From NCBI RefSeq assembly GCF_964213995.1, contig NC_135812.1, forward strand, positions 62,496,001-62,560,000: 64,000 nt of DNA, in the 5' to 3' direction. The notes under the pieces are model-generated. The model had not been told where the DNA came from and made no database searches. It saw nothing but the letters and a program-made list of their open reading frames with translations. Positions 1 through 13,124 of the stretch are shown here, one piece after another (the first letter of the stretch is position 1; the number at the start of each line of letters is the position of its first letter). This stretch comes from Mustelus asterias (taxonomy: Eukaryota). Position numbers and translations under genes: made by a program.

Positions 1-960
1 AAACTCTTACTCAGTCTAAGTTGCCAGAGAGAAGGGTGGAGGAGTTTGTGGCAGGGACTAAAGAAAAGCTTTGGTCTTCCCAATATTTGCAGAACTTTCT
101 GTTTACTGAATAAATGGTCCAACAATTTAGAAATAGTGGAGAATTTGAGAGAAGTGGTAGTGAGGTAGAGCTGGGTATTGTCAGCATATATGGGCAGCAC
201 CGTGGTTAGCACTGCTGTCACAGCGCAAGGGACCCAGGTTCAATTCCGACCTTGGGTTTCTGTCTGTGTGGAATTTGCATATTCTCCCCGTGTCTGCGTG
301 GGTTTCCTCCGGGTCCTCCAGTTTCCTCCCACAGTCCAAAGATGTGCGGGTTAGGTTGATTGGCCATGCTAAATTGACCCTTAGTGTCCCAAGATAAAGT
401 TTAAAGTTTTTTTATTAGTCACAAGTAGGCTTACATTAACACTGCAATGAAGTTACTGTGAAAATCCCCTAGTTTAGGGGGATTAGCAGGGTAAATAAGT
501 GGGGTTATGGGGATGGGGCTGGGTGGGATTGTTGTCGGTGCAGGCATGATGGGCCAAATGGCCTCCTGCACTGTAGGGATTCTATGTGTAAAAACTAACT
601 TTGCTTTTGGATGATGTCATTGAGAGTTAGCATATAAATAAGCAATAGGAGGGAGCCAAGGATAGATCCTTGAGGGACACCAGAGATAAGTCTGGGAAAG
701 AAGCCATTATGGGCGATTCTCTGGCTCTGGATAGATAATGGAACCAGGTGATACAGTCTCATCCAACTGAATGACAGTGGCATGAGGCTCGTAGAAGATT
801 GTATGATTAAAGACTGGAGACAGGTCATGAAGAGGAAGAGGGATAGTTCACCTCTGTCACGCTCACATAGGAATGTCATCTGTGACGGGAGCTGTTTTAG
901 TACTGTGACAAGGTGGGAACCTGATCAGAGCGAGGGATGTGGTATACAAAGGGAGTTCTG
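1..960 (-). mobile_element. Degenerate L2-clade LINE RT fragment, interrupted by a SINE at 192-585
   Basis: Minus ORF 595..879 contains SGVPQGSILGSLLLLIYMLTL, close to the L2-type GVPQGSILGPLLFxIYMLPL RT motif. Many disablements. Confidence 0.65.
192..585 (+). mobile_element. HE1/V-SINE-like tRNA-derived SINE with an antisense SINE-tail fragment inserted at ~394-472
   Basis: Head GGGCAGCAC..GTGGTTAGCACTGCTG..CAGGTTCAATTCC, central GTGTCTGCGTGGGTTTCCTCCGGG, CR1-like tail GATGGGCCAAATGGCCTCC..GGGATTCTATG. Confidence 0.85.
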
Positions 961-972
961 GAAGTCATTGGA

Positions 973-3900
973 GCAGAAGTAGGCCATTCAGCCCATCAGG
1001 TCTGCTCTGCCATTCACTGAGCTCATGACTTATCTAATATGATAATCCTCAAATCCACTTTCCCACCTTATCCCATAAGCTTTGATTCCTTTACTGATCA
1101 GAAATCTATCTCAGCCTTGAATATACTTAACAACCCAGTCTCTACAGCCCTCTGTGATGAAGAATTCTACAGATTCACTCCCTTCTGAGAGAAGTTCCTT
1201 CTCATCTCTGTCTTACATGGGTCATCCTTTACTCTGAGATGATGCCCTCTGGTCTTAGACTCTCCCACAAGGGGAAACATCCTGTCAACACCTGCCCTGT
1301 CAAGCCCCCTGAGAATCTTATATATCTCAATAAGGTTGCCTCTCATTCTTCTAAACTCCATTGAGTACAGGCCTAACCTAATTAACCTCCTCATGAGAAA
1401 ATCCCTCCAAACCCGGAATCAACTTAGTGAACCTTCTCTGGACTGCCCCCAATGTCAGTATATCTTTCCTTAAATGAAGGGACCAAAACTGTCCACAGTA
1501 TTCCAGGTGTGGTCTCACTTGTGCCTTGTATGGTTTTAGCAAAACTTCCCTATTTTTATATTCATTCCCTTTGAAATAAAGGCCAACATTCAATTTGCCT
1601 TCCCTAGTACACGCTGAACTTGCATGCTAGCTTTCTGTGATTTATGCACGAGGACCCCCAGATCCCTCTGTGCTGCAGCTATCTGCAGTTTCTCTCCTTT
1701 TAAATAATATTCAGTTCCTTTATTCTTCCTACCAAAGTGCAAAACTTCACATTTTCCTACATTATATTCCATCTGTCAAATTTTTGCCCACTCACATAAC
1801 CTGTCTATCTCCCTCTGTAGACTCTGTCATCCTCACCACTTGCCTTCCCACCTATTGTTGTGTCATCCACAAACTTGGCAATAGTACATTCACTTCCCTT
1901 GTCCAAGTCATTAATGTATATCGTAAATAATTGTGGCCCAAATACCGATATCTGTGGCACTTCTAGTTACAGGCTGCCATCCTGAAAATGCCCCTCATGC
2001 CAATTCTGTCTTCAATCATTTAACCAATCCTCTATCCATGCTAATATGCTATTCCCAACACTATGTGTTCTTAGCTTAAGTAGCCTTTTGTGTGGTACTT
2101 TATCAAGCACTTTTTGGAAATCCAAGTATATTACATCTACTGGTTCCCATTATTTATCCTGCTCGTTACCACTGCAAAATACTCTAATAAATTTGTCAGG
2201 CATGATTTCCCCTTCATAAAGCCATGCTGACTCTGCCTGATTATATCGTGAATTTCTATATGCTCTGTTGTTACATCCTTTATAATGGACACTGACACAT
2301 GTTAAGCTAACTATAGTTACCTGTTTTTGTCTCTTTTTTTGAATAAGGGCATGATGCTCTGGTTTCCTCCCACAGTCTGAAAGACGTGCTAGTTAGGAGT
2401 ATTGGCCATGCTAAATTCTCCCTCAGTGTACCCGAACAGGCGCCGGAATGTGGCGACTAGGGGATTTTCACAGTAACTTCATTGCAGTGTTAATGTAAGC
2501 CTACTTGTGATATTAATAAATGAACTTAAACTTAAAAACTTACAATTGGCAGTTTTCCAGAAATTAAGGATTCTTGGAAGATTACTACCAGTGCATCTGC
2601 TATCTCTGTAGCTACTTCCTTTAATTTCCTGGGACACAATCCATCAGGCCCAGAGGACTTATCGGCCTTTAGCCCCACTAGTTTCCCTCGTACCTTTTTC
2701 TCTAATAGTTATTGTATTTTCTTCCCCCCACACATCTCCCCTCTTTTGCCCCTTGATTATTTAGTATGTTTAGAGTGCTATTAGTTTCTTCTATTGTGAA
2801 GACTGACGCAAAGTATTTGTTTAACTCTTCTGCCATTTCCTGGCACCCCATTCTTATTTACCCAGGCTCATTCTCTAAGATACCTTTACTTTGGCCTCTC
2901 CCTTTTTATATATTTAAAGAAACTGATTTCAACTTTATCAGTACTTCTTTCATCATCACCCCTCTTTATTTGCGACATCCTCAGTGACAATCAGTCTTTC
3001 GGAGACAAAGGTAACTTTTTTGAAAGGAGTTAATCGGGCAGGACAACTTGGAACTTCCTTCATATTTTGTTCACCAGAAGCAACTGCATTCCTTGTGCTA
3101 GATGAAGGTTCAAGCACCTCTGTTAATGCAGATTTCAGTGACAATTTTTGCAATGTTGCTGGAGCTAAACTATCCGTTTTTAGATTATTTGCAATTGGAC
3201 CACACACCCTGTATCCTTATTCCCTGATTATTTGCAATTATCCTCATAGTTTATCTTCTCCCTCTTTATTATTTTTTGGTCATCTTTTGTTGGTTTTTAA
3301 AACTTTCCCAATCCTCTGGTTTACCACATTGTTTTTTCTTTTCAGTTCAAGATATCTTTAACTTCCTTGGTTAACCATGATTGATTTATCTCCTACCTAG
3401 AATAATTTGTTCTTACTGGGAGATATCTTTGTTGTGCATCATGAACTATTTTCATAAACGTCTGCCATTGCTGATTAACCATCTTTTCTGCTAAACACCT
3501 TTCCCAGTCTGCCCCAGCTAATTCTGCCCTCATTACTTTGCAATTACGCTTACTCAGGTTTAACAGAGTTGCTTCTGATCCAAGTTTCTCACTCTCAAAC
3601 TGAATGCTAAATTCTACCATGTAGTGGTCATTATTTCCTAGGTGATCTTTTACTCTGAGGTTGCTTATTAAACCTGCCTCATGACACATTGCAAGATCCA
3701 AAATAGCCTGATCCACAACATGCTGTTCCAAATATACTTTATGAATTCTTCCTCATGGTTATCTCTGCCAATTTGATTTTGCCAATTGACATGAAGTTTA
3801 AAGTCATGCATAATTAATATACTACCTTTTTTATATGCCCTCATTATCTCTTGATTCATTCTCCATCCTACAGTATAGCTACTGTTACTCCCAACAGTGC
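973..3900 (-). mobile_element. Old CR1-clade LINE (3' tail, RT and endonuclease remnants)
   Basis: Minus ORFs with MEYNVGKCEVLHFGRKN, VRPHLEYC, LGLYSMEFRRMRGNLIE, AILDLAMC and DHLGNNDH. Frameshifted and internally deleted. Confidence 0.9.
2355..2535 (+). mobile_element. 5'-truncated V-SINE variant with alternative tail
   Basis: GGTTTCCTCCCACAGTC..GGCCATGCTAAATTCTCCCTCAGTGTACCCGAACAGGCGCCGG..GTAAGCCTACTTGTG..AATAAA. Matches the 25039 copy. Confidence 0.8.
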
Positions 3901-4819
3901 CGCCTTCCCCTTGTTGGCTCATGAAAGCCTGCCTTTTCAATCTTGCCCCTCGCCTGAGTTTTGGTGATTCTCATTAAACCTGGGGAGGTTACGTGGGGCG
4001 AGGATTTTGGGGAGGATAAGGACAATGAACTCAGAGAGAGAGATGATGATGGGTTGAAATGGAAATTGAAATCACCAAGGATGAAGAGTCACTTTGTTGA
4101 GAGACTGAGGAAGGAAAGCCATGAAACGGTTCAGTGAGAAAATTGGCTTGAACTCAGGTGGGGAGTAAAGAATGAGGATTGAGAGGGGTGAAACAAGGAT
4201 GTGACGCTCAAAATAGGAGAAAGTTCCAGCAGACTGCGGGATAGACTAAGGCCACTATCTTTTGTGTGATGCAGTACTTACTGAATAACCTAGCTCTAAT
4301 TTTAAGGTTTGCCCCCTTATTCAGACTTCCCCACCATCCACTAGCCCAATTATTTAATGGATTCCTCTGTGTCTGCTTCTTTATAACGATTCAACATTTG
4401 GTAAATACAATAATCTCTCACAGATTCAAAGTGGGTGACTTCACACTTCCCTGCATTGAACTGCACAGCCACATTTTTGCCCACTCAATTATCAATGTCC
4501 CTTTGCAATTTTCAGTTCCCATCTACGCTTTTTACTGCATCACCTAAACTTAGTGATCTCATCAAACTTGGATACAGGGCTGCCTAATCCTTCATTCAAG
4601 TCATTTACAGGTACACTGAAAAGCTGACATCCTGTACATATCCTTGGTTAACATAACTAGCCACATCCTGCAATTGGACCACACACCCTGTATCCTTATT
4701 CCCTGTATCCTAGTTCCCAATTCTTGAAAATGATGCACATTTCAGATTTCTGAAAAGACATTAAAAATATGCTCTGTTCTGGTGGTTTAACATCAACAAT
4801 TTCGTGACATTATTCCAAA

Positions 4820-5010
4820 AGTAGTTAGTATCTTGGCTAAAATTTCTATTTTCACCAAAAACCATTTGACTGCTTAATTCTTTGTGCAACTGTTTGTGGG
4901 ATCTTTCTGTGCATAACAGGCAACCTCATTTTCTTGCAAACAGCGTAGTAACAACCTTTGACCCAGAAACAGTAGCAGTAGGAAAAGATTGTAAATGCTT
5001 TAAAATGTTT
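4820..5010 (+). mobile_element. Highly degenerate DeuSINE (SacSINE1-like) fragment
   Basis: CTGTTTGTGGGATCTTTCTGTGCATAA resembles the reverse complement of the 8305-8590 copy. Confidence 0.4.
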
Positions 5011-5122
5011 GTCATTGTGTTTAAAAATGTTTGAAAATGACTTTTAAGAGTTTGCGTAACTTGTCAAGGAGCAATTGGAATTTCTGGATAATATGAAATA
5101 CTGACCTTTGTGATGTGGCAAC

Positions 5123-5396
5123 NNNNNNNNNNNNNNNNNNNNNNNNNNNNNNNNNNNNNNNNNNNNNNNNNNNNNNNNNNNNNNNNNNNNNNNNNNNNNN
5201 NNNNNNNNNNNNNNNNNNNNNNNNNNNNNNNNNNNNNNNNNNNNNNNNNNNNNNNNNNNNNNNNNNNNNNNNNNNNNNNNNNNNNNNNNNNNNNNNNNNN
5301 NNNNNNNNNNNNNNNNNNNNNNNNNNNNNNNNNNNNNNNNNNNNNNNNNNNNNNNNNNNNNNNNNNNNNNNNNNNNNNNNNNNNNNNNNNNNNNNN
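5123..5396. other. Assembly gap (274 N)
   Basis: Run of N, adjacent to a GT/GA microsatellite. Confidence 0.99.
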
Positions 5397-5463
5397 TGAA
5401 TGTGTGAGAGTGTGAGAGAGTATGTATGTGTGGGTGAGTGTGAGAGTGTGTGTGTCTGTGTGT
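5397..5463 (+). repeat. Imperfect (GT/GA)n microsatellite
   Basis: TGTGTGAGAGTGTGAGAGAGTATGTATGTGTG... Confidence 0.85.
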
Positions 5464-5949
5464 TTCAGTTAACACCGACAGAAACAGGGATTGTAAATTG
5501 GACAGTTCCTTTGCTGCTGATTCAGCTTTGGCAGAGCCAAACAAAACACTTAACAGGGGTTATCAAAGGGGTTGGGTAAAGAAGAACCTGGGACATCTGT
5601 GTCATCAAGACTGTCACAAACCTAACTAAGGAGAACTCGGATGGAGTAGAGATGTTGTTGCAAGTGACACAAAGACCAAACCCATCAAGTGAAATCCTTA
5701 TATCCTAGAGACTGAATTGGAAAGACTGAGAGATTGCACATGATGCCACATTTGTGCAAATGCTAGTAATTTTCTGAGGCCTATCTTTGTTGTATTGATG
5801 ATTTGAAGTGAAATGCATCTTTTCAAGTGAATTGTTTAATTTAGAATGATTCTGATTCATGTTCAAATTACAAAAACTGAAATCTTATTTGGTAAATGTC
5901 TTCATTTGGGTGTAGTTTGGTACATTTGGCTATTTCAGTTTACGGATTT

Positions 5950-7407
5950 CCACATTGATCATAACAACATAAACAGGTGCTCCTTGGTTGGTGAGGCAGC
6001 ATGCTCCTTTAAGAGGTGAGCTCTCCATGTGACCCAGTTGACCAATGGAGCCAGAGTGTGCAGTCCAGGGACATAACGTGGGGTAGACTTGGTTGTTTGG
6101 AGTTGTGGAGCATGGTAGCCTTTTCATCTCTCTCTGTAAGTAGTTATTTATCTCAATAAACCAGATATTCATTCATCTACTTTGTGGTCACCCATCTTTG
6201 TAAGATACATTTGGAGATGAGGATTAATCGGAGTGCCTTCCTACTGCCACAGAAATCGAGAGAACAGACCTGATGTGGAAGCCTTTTGAAACAAAGTTGT
6301 TGAGTCTGAGAGTGTCAAAATGCCCCTTTTTGGTAAACTGGAACCATTGAACCCTAACACAGCAGTCGGGATTGTACGTCGAATATTTTCATTATTTCTT
6401 TAAGGCCAATGAAATTGGGGTGGGGGTGGGGGTTAAGAAAAGCAGTGGGTTATCCTATTAACAGCCTGTGGGGCTCCAACTTATACTGATAAGGAGTCTG
6501 ACTTTCCCAGATGATGTCCCCAACTCCCAAACTTTCAAAGAGCTTGTAAAATTAGTTAAGGGACATTATCATCCAAAGCCCTCAGTGATAATGCAATGAT
6601 ACAAATGCAATTCAGCAACAAGAGCGGAAGACAATAGCGGCCTTCATAGTGCACCGAAGACAAAGGGGCTGAACAGTGAAAGTTTGGGTCTGCACTTAAT
6701 GGCATGTTGAGAGACAGGCTGGTCTGTGGTGTTAACACATGGCCATACAAAAAAAAATTAACAGAAGTTGAAATTAAAGAAGTCATTACAGATTTCCTAG
6801 GCTATGGACAGTGTTGAGACAGGGGCAATGGAGCTGCAGATTGTGCAGGCAGGTTAGGGTTACCAAATCTGGTGGGAGGCCATCGGGAGTCATGGCTCCA
6901 GGTTTGAAGACATGGAAAGTAATGAGCAAAGAGGCTCAGAAAAAGGAGAATGCAGAAAGATATGGGATATGGTCCGCAGACCAGGAGCTAAGGAGAATGC
7001 CACCGGTGTGGGGGAGATCACCCCCAGGACAGATGTAAATTCAGGGATGATGTGTGCTTTGCCTGCAAAAGGAGGGGGCAGATTAGGAGCAAATGCAAAA
7101 CTAAGCAAAGTCTTTGAGGGGCAAACAAAAAAACTCCAGTACACAATGTGGAGAATAGCCCCAAAAATGAATCTGAAGTATACAGACCAAACAACATTCA
7201 GTGGGTAGGACAGCCTCAAAGCAATTGTGTTGATGGTAAACAGTCAGCCATTGAGGTGGACATGGGGTCCACCGCATCAGTTGTAGGGGAACAAACATGT
7301 CATGGTGTGTGGTAGCTTTTTCATCACTCTCTGTAAATAGTTACTTGACACAATAAACCATTTATTCATTAGTCTACTTGGTGGTCAACTGCCGTTCAAG
7401 ATACTAT
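5950..7407 (+). mobile_element. Internally deleted Gypsy (Mag-like) LTR retrotransposon: LTR, PBS-like site, degenerate gag, partial second LTR
   Basis: 6111-6209 is repeated in diverged form at ~7305-7407 (GGTAGC..CTCTGTAA.TAGTTA..CAATAAACCA..AAGATAC). TGGAGATGAGGA follows the first LTR. Gag start ATGCCCCTTTTTGGTAAACTGGAACCA (MPLFGKLEP) at ~6320. Degenerate zinc knuckle near 7055-7095. Confidence 0.7.
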
Positions 7408-8304
7408 AGTTGGGAAGGAAATTCGGCCAGTATTCCCATTCCAATACCACTTCCTGGAAAATGTCTATGGACGTCAGCTGAAGATAGGATCCAAGATATT
7501 GTCTATGGGATACAAGATTAATCTCTGCTTGGTTGATGTATTGGTGGACAAATAGAACCTGTGGGCAGATAACTCAACAACATCAATACTGGGGAAAAAA
7601 TGGAAGCAAAGGCAAGTGCCGTCACTGCAGTTACCTGGGTGGAAAGGATAACAGTGCATTTAGAGCTCTGTAACTGCACCACTCAATGGTACAGCTCCAT
7701 GAACGAAGTCACGTTCAAATTGCTGTGCCTTGGCTGCCTCCTCCTTGTCTTTTTTTAAAGCTGTTTCTTGTACTTATTGTTTAATATTACATGTAGCCAG
7801 TTTCTAATGTCTCTTGTGCATTCATTAACTTCTCTTTTTTGTGCCTCTTGGGCATTGAGACAATTGTGAAATGGTTTTTCTCTATTGAACCAGAAGAAAT
7901 GAGACTGGCTGCATGTGGAAATTTACAAAAGAACTTGCCTTGTGGCAGTCAGTCAGACGAACCATGTCTGTATCTGAAATGCTACCGGTTCCATTAATTT
8001 GCTGTGTACAAAGTGGAAAGCATTGGTTTCATATTGACAGATCCAACTCCTTGATCTTTGAGTGAAGTTGGAAAGGGAATCCACCATCCACTCTATTATA
8101 AAGCTCATGCCATTACTGGAATCTAAAGATTATTTATAGCTCGCTCCACTCAGAGTATCATTATCATTATAAGTGAATGATTATTGTATCAGGATAATAA
8201 GAGTAACATATATAATAAAAAATCTACGCAGAGGCGGCAGCTCAAAAGGAGCAAGAATTTTGAGGTCGGTAGAAGAGATATATTTTAAAAAAGAATAATA
8301 CTTT

Positions 8305-8590
8305 CATTTATATGGCGACTTCCACATCCAGACATCCCAAAACACTTTGCAGCCTTTGAAGTGCTTTCGGAATGTAGTCACTGTTGCAACGTGAGAAACA
8401 TAGCAGCCAATTTGCACAAAGCAAGCTCCCATAAATAGCGATGTGATAATTACCAGGTGGTCTATTTTGTTGTAATGTTGATTGAGGGTTAAATGTTGGC
8501 CAGGACACTGAGGATAACTGTTCTTCTTTGAAAGAGTGTCGTGGGACTTTTATATCCATCTGAGATGGCAGAACGAAAAGCAGACTGAGT
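8305..8590 (-). mobile_element. SacSINE1-like DeuSINE (Deu domain plus L2-type tail)
   Basis: Reverse complement reads TGTCCTGGCCAACATTTAACCCTCAATC..GGGAGCTTGCTTTGTGCAAATTGGCTGC..AACAGTGACTACATT..GCCATATAAATG. Confidence 0.75.
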
Positions 8591-8597
8591 AATAGAA

Positions 8598-8829
8598 TGG
8601 GCAGGATTTTCCAGCCAGTCCTGCTGGCTGGGGTGGGGTTGTGGCGGTGTTGGGTTGTGGGGTGGCTGGGTTGGGGGGGGTAGGGGGAGGGGGGGAGCGG
8701 TGGGTGGAGTGCGAACAACAGAAACACCGTTGACGGCGACGGGACTGGAAGATTCTGCCAGCGGCCAATAGAGGGCCACTTCCATCAACCCAAAACATGC
8801 TGTGGGGGTGGGTGGGGAAATCCCACCCA
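8598..8829. mobile_element. Short non-autonomous DNA element (MITE-like) with ~15 bp imperfect TIRs and a G-rich core
   Basis: Left end TGGGCAGGATTTTCC. Right end reverse-complements to TGGGTGGGATTTCCC. Confidence 0.5.
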
Positions 8830-9399
8830 GAGATTACTTAATGTTAAATTATAGAACAAATATCCCAGGAAGTTTGAAATTGGCGTAAAAGGAGGTAATT
8901 GATAGATAAAACCCCCAATCTCTCTTTCTTCCTTTCAAACCCCCTTTAAAACCTCCTACCTCTTTGGGCAGGTTTTTGGCCATATGTCCCATTGAGGCTC
9001 AGTCTTTAATTTAAACCCTCCTGTGAAACACCTTGGGCACAAGTAATATTCATTTGTTGTGTGTTGTTAAATCCCTAATCAATACCACGTCTCATGAGTG
9101 TTTCCTGCAATAATCACTGGCAATTTAAGTAATGCAATCGCAATTATGTTTTGGGTTTTTAAACCCATATTTTTTATTCCAGTGGTTAGAAGAAGGGGTT
9201 GGCTCAACAGTTTACTGCTAAACTAGCATTGAAACGCCTTTCCCATCTCCTGTTGTTGCACTGTCATGAGACAGACTGCACAGTTGTTTAGTGGCAAAGA
9301 GGTTACCTATTTCTCCAAATGCTTCCTATTGAACCATTTAAGAAATCCTTTGTAGAAACACTTGGTGGGGCCAAGTGAATTGTAAATGAAAACAAAATA

Positions 9400-9705
9400 A
9401 TAGAATCCCTACAGTGCAGAAGGAGGCCATTCGGCCCATCAAGCCTGCACCGACAATAATCCCACCCTTGCCCTAGTGCTGTAACCCCATGTATTTACCC
9501 TGCTAATCCCCCTGACACTAAGGGACAATTTAGCATGGCCAATCAACCTAACCTGCGCAGCTTTGGAATGTGGGAGGAAACCAAAGCATCCGGAGGAAAC
9601 CCACGCAGACACAGGGAGAATGAAACACCACAAAGTCACCTGAGGCGGGAATTGAAACTGGGTCCCTGGTGTTGTAAGGCAGCAGTGCTAACCACTGTGC
9701 ACCAT
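9400..9705 (-). mobile_element. HE1/V-SINE
   Basis: Reverse-complement match to the 39530 copy from head to GGGATTCTA tail. Confidence 0.9.
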
Positions 9706-10131
9706 GGCAAAGTTCAAAAGAGCTGCCAGTCAAATGTACGTTGAAATTTGTTGAGCGTGTTTGTGCTTGAATTGATAGACCCTTTCCCTTCAATGATTGT
9801 CTCAAAATAAGATTGAACATTGGTTTCTCTGGAAATCCAGCTGTTTATAAACTTCTGCTGTATTGTGACAAAATTAACAAAGTTAATTCACATGAAACAT
9901 TCCAAAGAAGTTAGATTTTACAAATGGGAAGCAGACATGGCATTGAGATAGGTGGAGTCTATAATGGGGGAGGGGAGGTGTTGGGTGGCATATCAAAGGA
10001 ATCAGTGCTTTGATATCTGTAGTTTCTCAGTTCTCTGTCGATAGTCCTTGACAATAATTCATTGAACCACAGGAAAGTGGAGGGATTTTTGTTTACCATG
10101 AGTATGGAGAGGAGGCAGGTCCAGAGTTATA

Positions 10132-11290
10132 TGAACATATGAGTGAGGAGCAGGAGAAGGCCCCTCTAGGCTGCTCCACCATTCAATAAGGTCATGGCTG
10201 ATCTCATAGAATCCCTACAGTGCAAATTGAGGCCATTTGGCCCATCGAGCCTGCACTGACAACAATCCTACCCAGGCTCTATCCCCATAACCCCACGTAT
10301 TTACCTTGCTAGTCACCTTAACAAAATTTAGCATGACCAATCAACCTTCCCCGCACATCTTTGGAGTGAGGGAGGAAACCGGAGCACCTGGAGGAAACCC
10401 ACGCAAACACGAGGAGAACGTGCAGACTCCGCACAGTGACCCAAGGTTGGAATTGAACCCGGGTCCCTGGTGTGAGGCAACAGTGCCACCGTGCTTCTCA
10501 TTTTAACCTCAACTTCACATTCCCGCCTACCCCCAATAACCGTTCACTCCCTTTCTTATCAAGAATCTATCGACTTCTCCCTTAAAGATATTCAAAGACT
10601 GCTTCAACCATTTTTTGAGGAGGAAAATTCTGAAGTCTCACAATCCTCAGAGAATTTTATCTCCTCATCTCTGTCTTAAATGGGCAACACTTATTTTTAA
10701 ACAGTGGCACCTAGTTCTAGATTCTCCCACAAGAGGAAACATCAAGTCCCCTCAGGATTACATATTTCAATCAAGTCACTTCTTACTCTTCAAAACAGTG
10801 GATACAAGTCTAGCCTGTCCAGCCTTTCCTCAGAAGTCAACCCACCCATTTCAGGTATCAGTCTGATAAACCTCTGAATTGCAGCCAACGCATTTACATC
10901 TTTCCTTAAATAAGGAGACCAAAACTGTGCACAGTACTCCAGGTGTGTTGTCACCATGCTCTATATAAATGAACCATACCTCTTGTCTTCAATTCTCTTT
11001 GCAATAAATAATAACATTTAATTACTTGCTTCACCTGCATTCTAACCTTTTGAAATTCATGCACAAGGACACCCAGATCCCTCTGCATTTTAGAGCTCTG
11101 CAATCTCTCATTATTTAGATAATATGCTTTTTTTATTCCTTCTGCCAAACTTCACATTTTCCACATTATACTCCATTTGCCAGATCTTTGCCCACTCACC
11201 TATTATCCCTTTATAGCTTCCTTATGTCCTCTTCAGAACTTACTTTCCTACCCTTGTGTCATCAGCAAATTTAGCATTGGTCTCTTCATC
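10132..11290 (-). mobile_element. Degenerate CR1 3' portion interrupted by an HE1 SINE
   Basis: GAACATATGA..GGAGCAGGAG tail. ORF fragment QRDLGVLVHEFQKVRMQVKQVIK. Confidence 0.85.
10207..10495 (-). mobile_element. HE1/V-SINE nested in the CR1 tail
   Basis: Same consensus as the other copies. TCTCAT occurs at both edges (possible TSD). Confidence 0.85.
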
Positions 11291-11304
11291 AAAATATTTT
11301 TTAA

Positions 11305-11520
11305 AAATTCATTTATGGGTTGTGGGTGTCACTGGTTAGGCTAGCATTTATTGCCCACACCTAGTTGTCCATGATAAATGGCCGCGAGCTGCCTTCTTAC
11401 AACACCTCAGTCCCTGAGGTGTAGGCACACCCACAGTGCTGTTAGGGACAGAGTTCCAGGATTTTGACCCAATGACTGTGAAAGAATGGTGATATTTCCA
11501 AGTCAGAATGGGGAATGATT
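11305..11520 (-). mobile_element. LINE 3' end (second family), continuing at ~12855-12940 after a younger CR1 insertion
   Basis: Reverse complement GGGTCAAAATCCTGGAACTC..AAGAAGGCAGCTC..GGGCAATAAATGCT. The same tail occurs at 34845-34990 (+) and on the SINE at 13125. Confidence 0.6.
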
Positions 11521-11522
11521 TA

Positions 11523-12853
11523 AGAACATAAGAAATAGGAGCAGGAGTAGGCCATCTAGCCCCTCGAGCCTGTCCCGCCATTCAATAAGATCATGGCTGA
11601 TCTGAAGTGGATCAGTTCCACTTACCCGCCTGATCCCCATAACCCCTAATTCCCTTACCGATCAGGAATCCATCTATCCGTGATTTAAACATATTCAACG
11701 AGGTAGCCTCCACCACTTCAGTGGGCAGAGAATTACAGAGATTCACCACCCTCTGAGAGAAGAAGTTCCTCCTCAACTCTGTCCTAAACCGACCCCCCTT
11801 TATTTTGAGGCTGTGCCCTCTAGTTCTAGTTTCCTTTCTAAGTGGAAAGAATCTCTCCACTTCTACCCTATCCAGCCCCTTCATTATCTTATAGGTCTCT
11901 ATAAGATCCCCCCTCAGCGTTCTAAATTCCAATGAGTACAAACCCAATCTGCTCAGTCTCTCCTCATAATCAACACCCCTCATCTCTGGTATCAATCTGG
12001 TGAACCTTCTCTGCACTCCCTCCAAGGCCAATATATCCTTCCACAAATAAGGGGACCAATACTGCACACAGTATTCCAGCTGCGGCCTCACCAATGCCCT
12101 GTACAGATGCAGCAAGACATCTCTGCTTTTATATTCTATCCCCCTTGCAATATAGGCCAAGATCCCATTTGCCTTCTTGATCACCTGTTGCACCTGCAGA
12201 CTGGGTTTTTGTGTCTCATGCACAAGGACCCCCAGGTCCCTCTGCACAGTAGCATGTTGTAATTTTTTTCCATTTAGATAATAATCCAATTTGCTATTAT
12301 TTACTCCAAAGTGAATAACCTCACATTTGTTAACGTTATACTCCATCTGCCAGATCCTCGCCCACTCACTCAGCCTGTCCAAATCTCTCTGCAGACCTTC
12401 TATGCCCTCCACACGATTCACTTTTCCACTTATCTTTGTGTTGTCTGCAAACTTTGTTACCCTTAACTCAGTCCCCTCCTCCAGATCGTCTATATAAATG
12501 GTAAATAGTTGAGGCCCCAGTACCGATCCCTGCGGCACGCCACTAGTTACCATCCGCCAACCAGAAAAGCACCCATTTATTCCGACTCTCTGCTTCCTGT
12601 CAGATAGCCAATCCCCAATCCACGCTAACACCCTACCCCCAACTCTGTGTGACCCAATCTTCTTCAGCAACCTTTTGTGAGGCACCTTATCAAATGCCTT
12701 TTGGAAATCCAAAAACACCACATCCACCGGTTCCCCTCCATCAACCGCACTAGTCACATCTTCATAAAAATCCAACAAGTTCGTCAAGCACGACTTTCCC
12801 CTCATGAATCCATGCTGCGTCTGCTTAATCGAACCATTCTTATCCAGATGGCT
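11523..12853 (-). mobile_element. Young 5'-truncated CR1 LINE with uninterrupted RT C-terminal ORF
   Basis: ORF 11612..12967: QHGFMRGKSCLTNL, DFQKAFDKVPH, GVPQGSVLGP, FADNTK (normally FADD), LVRPQLEYCVQYW. Tail TTCTTATGTTCT. Confidence 0.95.
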
Positions 12854-13124
12854 GGAGCAGAATCGCCAGGTGATGGTGTTGCTCAGGCATCTACTGCTTT
12901 TTCCCTCCTGGTTGGTAGTGGCTATGGGTTTGGAAGGTTTATATAAATTGTAAAATATTCTGTCCAATCTTTAGAATTTATCTACCAGTCTACCTCAGCC
13001 AGAATAGGATCAAACCCATTACCCTGGGTCTCTGTTAGTGTTAATCTGATCCACACACTGGCTGCCTAACCAACTGAGCTAACCAGAAACACCTCTCCCG
13101 CGCTACCCCTCACCGTCCACCTAT

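Noticed and set aside
5044-5544. ORFs of 94-166 aa
   Set aside because: They are open only because they cross the N gap and microsatellite.
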